Shown here one piece after another: positions 41,185 through 44,999 of a stretch of 44,999 nucleotides of DNA. Position 1 is the first letter of the stretch. Every line of letters starts with the position of its first letter. The notes beneath the pieces were generated by a model. That model saw only the letters and a program-made list of their open reading frames with translations. It did no database searches and was not told the origin of the DNA. The position numbers were made by a program, and so were the translations under genes. Source of the DNA: a virus. The stretch lies in IMG/VR virus record IMGVR_UViG_3300030688_000053, one strand, 5' to 3'.

Positions 41185-42587
41185 TACTCGGCGTCCACTT
41201 CGCCGCCGGCCATTGGTGGCGGTGGCGGCTCATAGGCTATCAGGGCGTCAATGTCCAGATTCAGCGATTCCGGCATCAGGCGCTTGAACTGGTTGAAATT
41301 CTCCTGCGCCCAGCGGAACATCTCGGCTTTGTTTTCCGGGTCTAAGTGCGGCACCATGGAATCGACTGCGGCAATGATCGCCTCGGCGCGCACCTTGTCC
41401 AGCTTGGACAGTTCGCTTTCCGGTTCTTCCAGCAGTTGAGGCCATTCGTAAGCAAAGGCATTGCGCATGCCAGCAAACCACGTCTGATACGCCACGCCCT
41501 TCCATTGCGGGCACTCAGCCTGCAGGGTTTCGTAGAATTCCTTGGACCAAGCCAAATGCATGATCAGCGGGTCAAGAAACTGGAAACAGTCGGCGAGCTC
41601 GTCACGGATGCCGTCCACGTAGCGGGAAACGACCTTAGCATCCTCGGTGCCGTCCGCGAAGCCTTGCGCGAAGGTTTCCGAATTCAGGATGATGGACGGC
41701 ATGTCCGCCGCCGTGGCGATGTTCTCGATCACGTTGGTGCGCGCCGTGGTCATCGCGTCATTGACGTTGGTGAGGTTGAGCGTGCTAGCTTCGTCCTTCT
41801 CGCCGATGTTGATTACGTTGCCGGTGGTGGCCTGCTTGAATGTCTGCCGCTTCTTCGTCAGGAAGAAATCCAGCACGTTGTCCACGATAGAGCCTGGCTG
41901 TTCCGCCTTGAGCACGATGACGCCGGCCTTGACGGTCACGAAGTTGTCCGTGAACATCGACTGAATGAAGGTGCGCAGCGGGAAGAGGGCGCGCTGATAG
42001 ACCGAACGCCCGACGTAGCCATAAGAGGATGTCGTGTACTGGATGAATAGCGGGCGCTCATTCTGAATCACTGCACTGCGCGCGCGCGGGTAATCCACGC
42101 CGCTGGCAGACAGCTTGCTCACCTTCAGGAAGTCGGGGGAATTCGGGTTTTGGTCAGTAACCATGCTGCCGGCCATGACGAGCGGGTCCAGCACGTTGAA
42201 ATAGATTTCACCGTCGGGGATCTCGAATTTGTCGATCAGGGCGTCCGGCGGCTTCCCGGCCAAGCCCCAGATGCAGCCGGCGGCGCCATACATGCGCGCT
42301 TGACCCTTCCACGACTTGATAACGTCGTTCATCTTGTGGCCGGTCCAGACCGTGGCGAACCGGTCACGCAGGCGCTTCTCATACGGCCCAGCGGCCGAAA
42401 TCGTGATGTTGCGCGGCTTGTACATCGCCATGTCCACAGGGAAATCAACCATCTTCTTGCCGATGGGGTGATAGGCGTAGATCAGCTTGCAGAGCTCATA
42501 GGATGCCTCTGCCCCGGGCTGTAGCTCATCAGCCTCAAGAATCCGCATCAAGGGATTTGTCACAGGTGTGATGCTGATTTCTGCCAT
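41184..42587 (-). CDS. Portal protein
   Basis: 467 aa, between the terminase region and the head morphogenesis genes. Assignment is by size and position. Confidence 0.7.
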   Translation of the reverse strand: MAEISITPVTNPLMRILEADELQPGAEASYELCKLIYAYHPIGKKMVDFPVDMAMYKPRNITISAAGPYEKRLRDRFATVWTGHKMNDVIKSWKGQARMYGAAGCIWGLAGKPPDALIDKFEIPDGEIYFNVLDPLVMAGSMVTDQNPNSPDFLKVSKLSASGVDYPRARSAVIQNERPLFIQYTTSSYGYVGRSVYQRALFPLRTFIQSMFTDNFVTVKAGVIVLKAEQPGSIVDNVLDFFLTKKRQTFKQATTGNVINIGEKDEASTLNLTNVNDAMTTARTNVIENIATAADMPSIILNSETFAQGFADGTEDAKVVSRYVDGIRDELADCFQFLDPLIMHLAWSKEFYETLQAECPQWKGVAYQTWFAGMRNAFAYEWPQLLEEPESELSKLDKVRAEAIIAAVDSMVPHLDPENKAEMFRWAQENFNQFKRLMPESLNLDIDALIAYEPPPPPMAGGEVDAE

Positions 42588-42613
42588 TTTATTCTTTCAC
42601 GTGAACCATAATT

Positions 42614-43132
42614 TCAACCCGTCTTAATTCTAACCCCATGGTTTGAAAACTCCGCATGGGTCTCGTTTCTGTAACTATGGACAAAGCAGCAAGCCTCAAA
42701 AAAATCAGATGTATAGTGATTTTTTCGCTTCCCATTCATTTGCACGTATGCATGCCATAACTGCTGATGCTTGGCCCAACTGACGCCTTTGCACCCGGAT
42801 GTGTTGTTGCATTGGGTTTTAATGTTGAATTTATTCTGCGTCGATGTCGACTCCCGCAAATTACGCGCTCGGTTATCAGCCCTATGTCCGTTTTCATGGT
42901 CAATCTCATTAACTGGATAGACTCCGTACATATAAAGCCATGCCAACCTGTGCGCATAGAGCAAGCGCCCATTTATGCCGATTTGCCTATAGCCAATTAT
43001 TATATTCACATTACCTGCAACACTACCAGCCGACTTGCTGCCTCTTGATACTTTCCACTTGAAAACCCCGGTCAGCGGGTCATAACTCAAGATTTCCTTG
43101 AGTTCGGATTGTGATAGCATCGGCTTATTCAT
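42614..43132 (-). CDS. HNH homing endonuclease with an AP2-like C-terminal domain, inserted between terL and portal
   Basis: LSYDPLTGVFKWK...GYRQIGINGRLLYAHRLAW...NEIDHENGHRADNRARNLRE, then CKGVSW...WHAYVQMNGKR. The region is visibly more AT-rich than its flanks. Confidence 0.85.
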   Translation of the reverse strand: MNKPMLSQSELKEILSYDPLTGVFKWKVSRGSKSAGSVAGNVNIIIGYRQIGINGRLLYAHRLAWLYMYGVYPVNEIDHENGHRADNRARNLRESTSTQNKFNIKTQCNNTSGCKGVSWAKHQQLWHAYVQMNGKRKNHYTSDFFEACCFVHSYRNETHAEFSNHGVRIKTG

Positions 43133-43157
43133 GATTTGTCCTTAGCAAATTGTGATA

Positions 43158-43192
43158 GAAGCCCTGAACCGTTACAAGCGATTCAGGGCTTC
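43158..43192. other. 11-bp perfect-stem hairpin between terL and the HNH gene
   Basis: gaagccctgaa (43158-43168) pairs with ttcagggcttc (43182-43192) around a 13-nt loop. There is no adjacent U-tract on the minus strand. Confidence 0.5.
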
Positions 43193-43204
43193 GTCATTTT
43201 ACTC

Positions 43205-44527
43205 CTAGTATCCGCGCGTATTGCCTAATGCAATTGATATTGCATAACAGAATGTGTCCAAAAGGTCGTCGCTCTGGTCCTTGACACCGATGCGGAACCC
43301 GGTTACCTGCGTCAAAAAATGGTTTCTTGAGATTTCCTTGTATTTCTTGACCTTTTCGTAAGCATACCTGCAAATCTTGACTTCGCCGCGATATACATAG
43401 CCGGATATGCTGATTGCGCGCTCATCCTTGCCCATGGCCGTGAGCTTACCGTCAATTGGTCTTGCATTCCAGCCCCGGCGCTTAGCCTGCTGCAACAGAA
43501 TGATGCCAGAGGCCTGATCCTCAATGAACACCCCAAGCGTGGTACCCATGCGTGCGCCTGTCATGGTCGCCAGTTCCTCCAGACGCTCATAGACGGTCGG
43601 CAGCCACGACTCCAGCAGCGATCCCTCAATTTGCACAATATCCCAATCCAGCACGATTAGGCGCCCTTCGCGTCCCATCACCGCCGGCATGAGCGCGTAG
43701 AACGATACGCCGGTGCCGTCATTCTTGGAGCCTGTCTTGATCGCCGTATCGATGACGGCGAAAACAGCATCGCACTTCGTCGGCATGTCGTAGGGATTGC
43801 CAGCAGCGTCGAGCAGGCTGGAAACACTGAAGAACGCGGTTCCCGACCAATCCACGAACTCAGCCAAGTATTCCTGCTGGTAGACCAGTGGGTGGTTGTC
43901 GTTCTTGAGCTTCAGCAACTCCGCCACGCGGCGCTCCATCCATTCTTCCGGCGTCTCACCCGGCCTGATCAGCGGCAGCAGCGGGTTGTCAGCGGTCGGA
44001 GCGTGGTGGTCTTTGAACCCGAATTTCTCGACGTCGTTGAGCAGATAGAAGAAATTGTCCGCTGCGGTTCCGTTCGGCGTGGACAATACCCAGGCGCGGC
44101 CACCCAAGTCAAACAGCGTCGGCTTGATCGATCGTTCCCAGATTTCCACCATGTTTGGCTTGGTGAAGGCGGCCTCATCAATGATGACATCGTGGTATTT
44201 CCGAGATCGGCCGGCACGCTCGTTTTCCAGTGACCAGAAGTCAATGCGGCCACCGGTGGTCGTTTCCATGCGGCCTTCGATCTTGCTGGCCTGCTTCTTG
44301 ATGGGCGTGATGATGTCCAGCAGCTCGTTGTAAGCCTCGGACTGGATCTTGTAGTCAGGGGCAAACCAGCCTACAGAACGCCCCTTGGCTGCCTGCGAGC
44401 CTCCGACCGTCTTGCCGAATTCCGTTTTTCCCCAACGCCGACCACACCGAACCCGGTTGAACCGCGCCCGCTCGTTCCAGACGCGAACTTGGCCGGCATG
44501 CAGCGTGGGCAGGATGACATTCGGCAT
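43205..44527 (-). CDS. terL: Terminase large subunit
   Basis: Walker A-like CGRRWGKTEFG, Walker B-like VIIDEAAF, and a C-terminal nuclease-size domain. It lies directly downstream of TerS. Confidence 0.9.
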   Translation of the reverse strand: MPNVILPTLHAGQVRVWNERARFNRVRCGRRWGKTEFGKTVGGSQAAKGRSVGWFAPDYKIQSEAYNELLDIITPIKKQASKIEGRMETTTGGRIDFWSLENERAGRSRKYHDVIIDEAAFTKPNMVEIWERSIKPTLFDLGGRAWVLSTPNGTAADNFFYLLNDVEKFGFKDHHAPTADNPLLPLIRPGETPEEWMERRVAELLKLKNDNHPLVYQQEYLAEFVDWSGTAFFSVSSLLDAAGNPYDMPTKCDAVFAVIDTAIKTGSKNDGTGVSFYALMPAVMGREGRLIVLDWDIVQIEGSLLESWLPTVYERLEELATMTGARMGTTLGVFIEDQASGIILLQQAKRRGWNARPIDGKLTAMGKDERAISISGYVYRGEVKICRYAYEKVKKYKEISRNHFLTQVTGFRIGVKDQSDDLLDTFCYAISIALGNTRGY

Positions 44528-44532
44528 TGCGC

Positions 44533-44999
44533 CTAGCCCCCGTCCGGCAGGCCGCCGATGATGTTCACCGTCTCATCGTCTTTCAGCTCAGTCGATTTCC
44601 CGCTGTCGCTGTTCAGGTGCCAGCGCTTCGGGTCCATCCGGGCAGAATGCCACTTGCGCGCGTCAATGCGCATCTGCGCGTGCTGCAGCATCGCTCGCAT
44701 GTAGACCGCGACCAGCTTATTTTCCCCCGCTTTCAGGGCATTCCCGACCCTTACGGTCCAGTCAGGCGTCCATGGATTATCGGCAATTTCGATTACCTCA
44801 TCTCCTTGGATGGATGCCCGGGTAAGGATGGCGCGCGCGTAATGCTCCGAAAGTCCGAATAAAACATGGCCTTCCTCCACGTCCGTGGAAGCATCCGCCC
44901 ATCTGAAAAAGGTTTGTATTGTTGGAAGTCTGACAACATCAGATTCGAGAACCTGGCGCAGGCTTTCTCCCTGAGTGATGCGATCACATACCTCAAGCC
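44533..44999 (-). CDS. terS: Terminase small subunit, C-terminal part (N-terminal part continues at 1..245 after the junction)
   Basis: Track ORF 44533..44880 contains RIDARKWHSARMDPKRW, a motif typical of small terminases. The reading frame stays open to 44999 and continues in 128..245. Confidence 0.8.
   Translation of the reverse strand, partial: LEVCDRITQGESLRQVLESDVVRLPTIQTFFRWADASTDVEEGHVLFGLSEHYARAILTRASIQGDEVIEIADNPWTPDWTVRVGNALKAGENKLVAVYMRAMLQHAQMRIDARKWHSARMDPKRWHLNSDSGKSTELKDDETVNIIGGLPDGG
44873..44999. repeat. Exact duplicate of 1..127
   Basis: See the feature at 1..127. Confidence 0.95.

Noticed and set aside
1-44999. I looked for an integrase, excisionase, attP-like sequence or CI-type repressor that would indicate a prophage.
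   Set aside because: I recognised no tyrosine or serine recombinase motifs and no CI-size HTH-peptidase in any ORF. The window closes on itself as a circle with no host flanks. A divergent integrase among the hypothetical proteins cannot be excluded without profile searches.

Overview
The window appears to be a complete tailed dsDNA phage genome of about 44.87 kb, either circularly closed or circularly permuted. Bases 1-127 recur exactly at 44873-44999, and the small-terminase gene reads in frame across that junction. The genome is gene-dense, with about 75 CDS including several ORFs under 60 aa that are missing from the supplied track. I found no rRNA, canonical tRNA, CRISPR array, integrase or CI-type repressor.

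Two divergent transcription arms leave a 208-bp AT-rich control region (9245-9452) that carries near-consensus sigma70 promoters (TTGACT-N17-(G/A)ATAAT).

The leftward arm is on the minus strand, running 9244 to 1 and then wrapping 44872 to 20238. In order it encodes:
- a Cro-like HTH protein and small membrane proteins
- a beta-class DNA methyltransferase
- a lambda nin-like set (NinB, NinG, Ser/Thr phosphatase, a DUF2591-like protein)
- a replication initiator with iteron-like repeats inside the gene, plus a DnaC-like loader
- TerS, TerL, a homing-type HNH, portal and a MuF-like protein
- a Nudix domain fused to the scaffold-position protein, and the major capsid protein
- a contractile-tail module (sheath, tube, overlapping chaperone ORFs, tape measure with an SLT domain)
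- baseplate, tail fibre plus its chaperone, another HNH, and a lysis cassette

The rightward arm is on the plus strand, 9453 to 20297. It opens with a pentapeptide-repeat protein built from 16 nearly identical 15-bp DNA units. After that come:
- an HNH-AP2 endonuclease followed by a 432-bp ORF-free structured region
- a chain of translationally coupled micro-ORFs
- a recombination module (charged coiled-coil protein, ERF-like annealase, PD-(D/E)XK exonuclease)
- a truncated DnaN-like clamp
- an AT-rich HNH island
- a second methyltransferase bracketed by two paralogs that share a 124-bp perfect repeat
- an XRE HTH protein

The leads I rate highest are:
- the virion-module Nudix fusion
- the first-early pentapeptide-repeat (DNA-mimic-type) protein
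- the ORF-free structured RNA candidates next to homing endonucleases and downstream of predicted promoters
- the repeat-bracketed methyltransferase cassette

All functional calls come from motifs read in the translations and from gene order. No database search was run.
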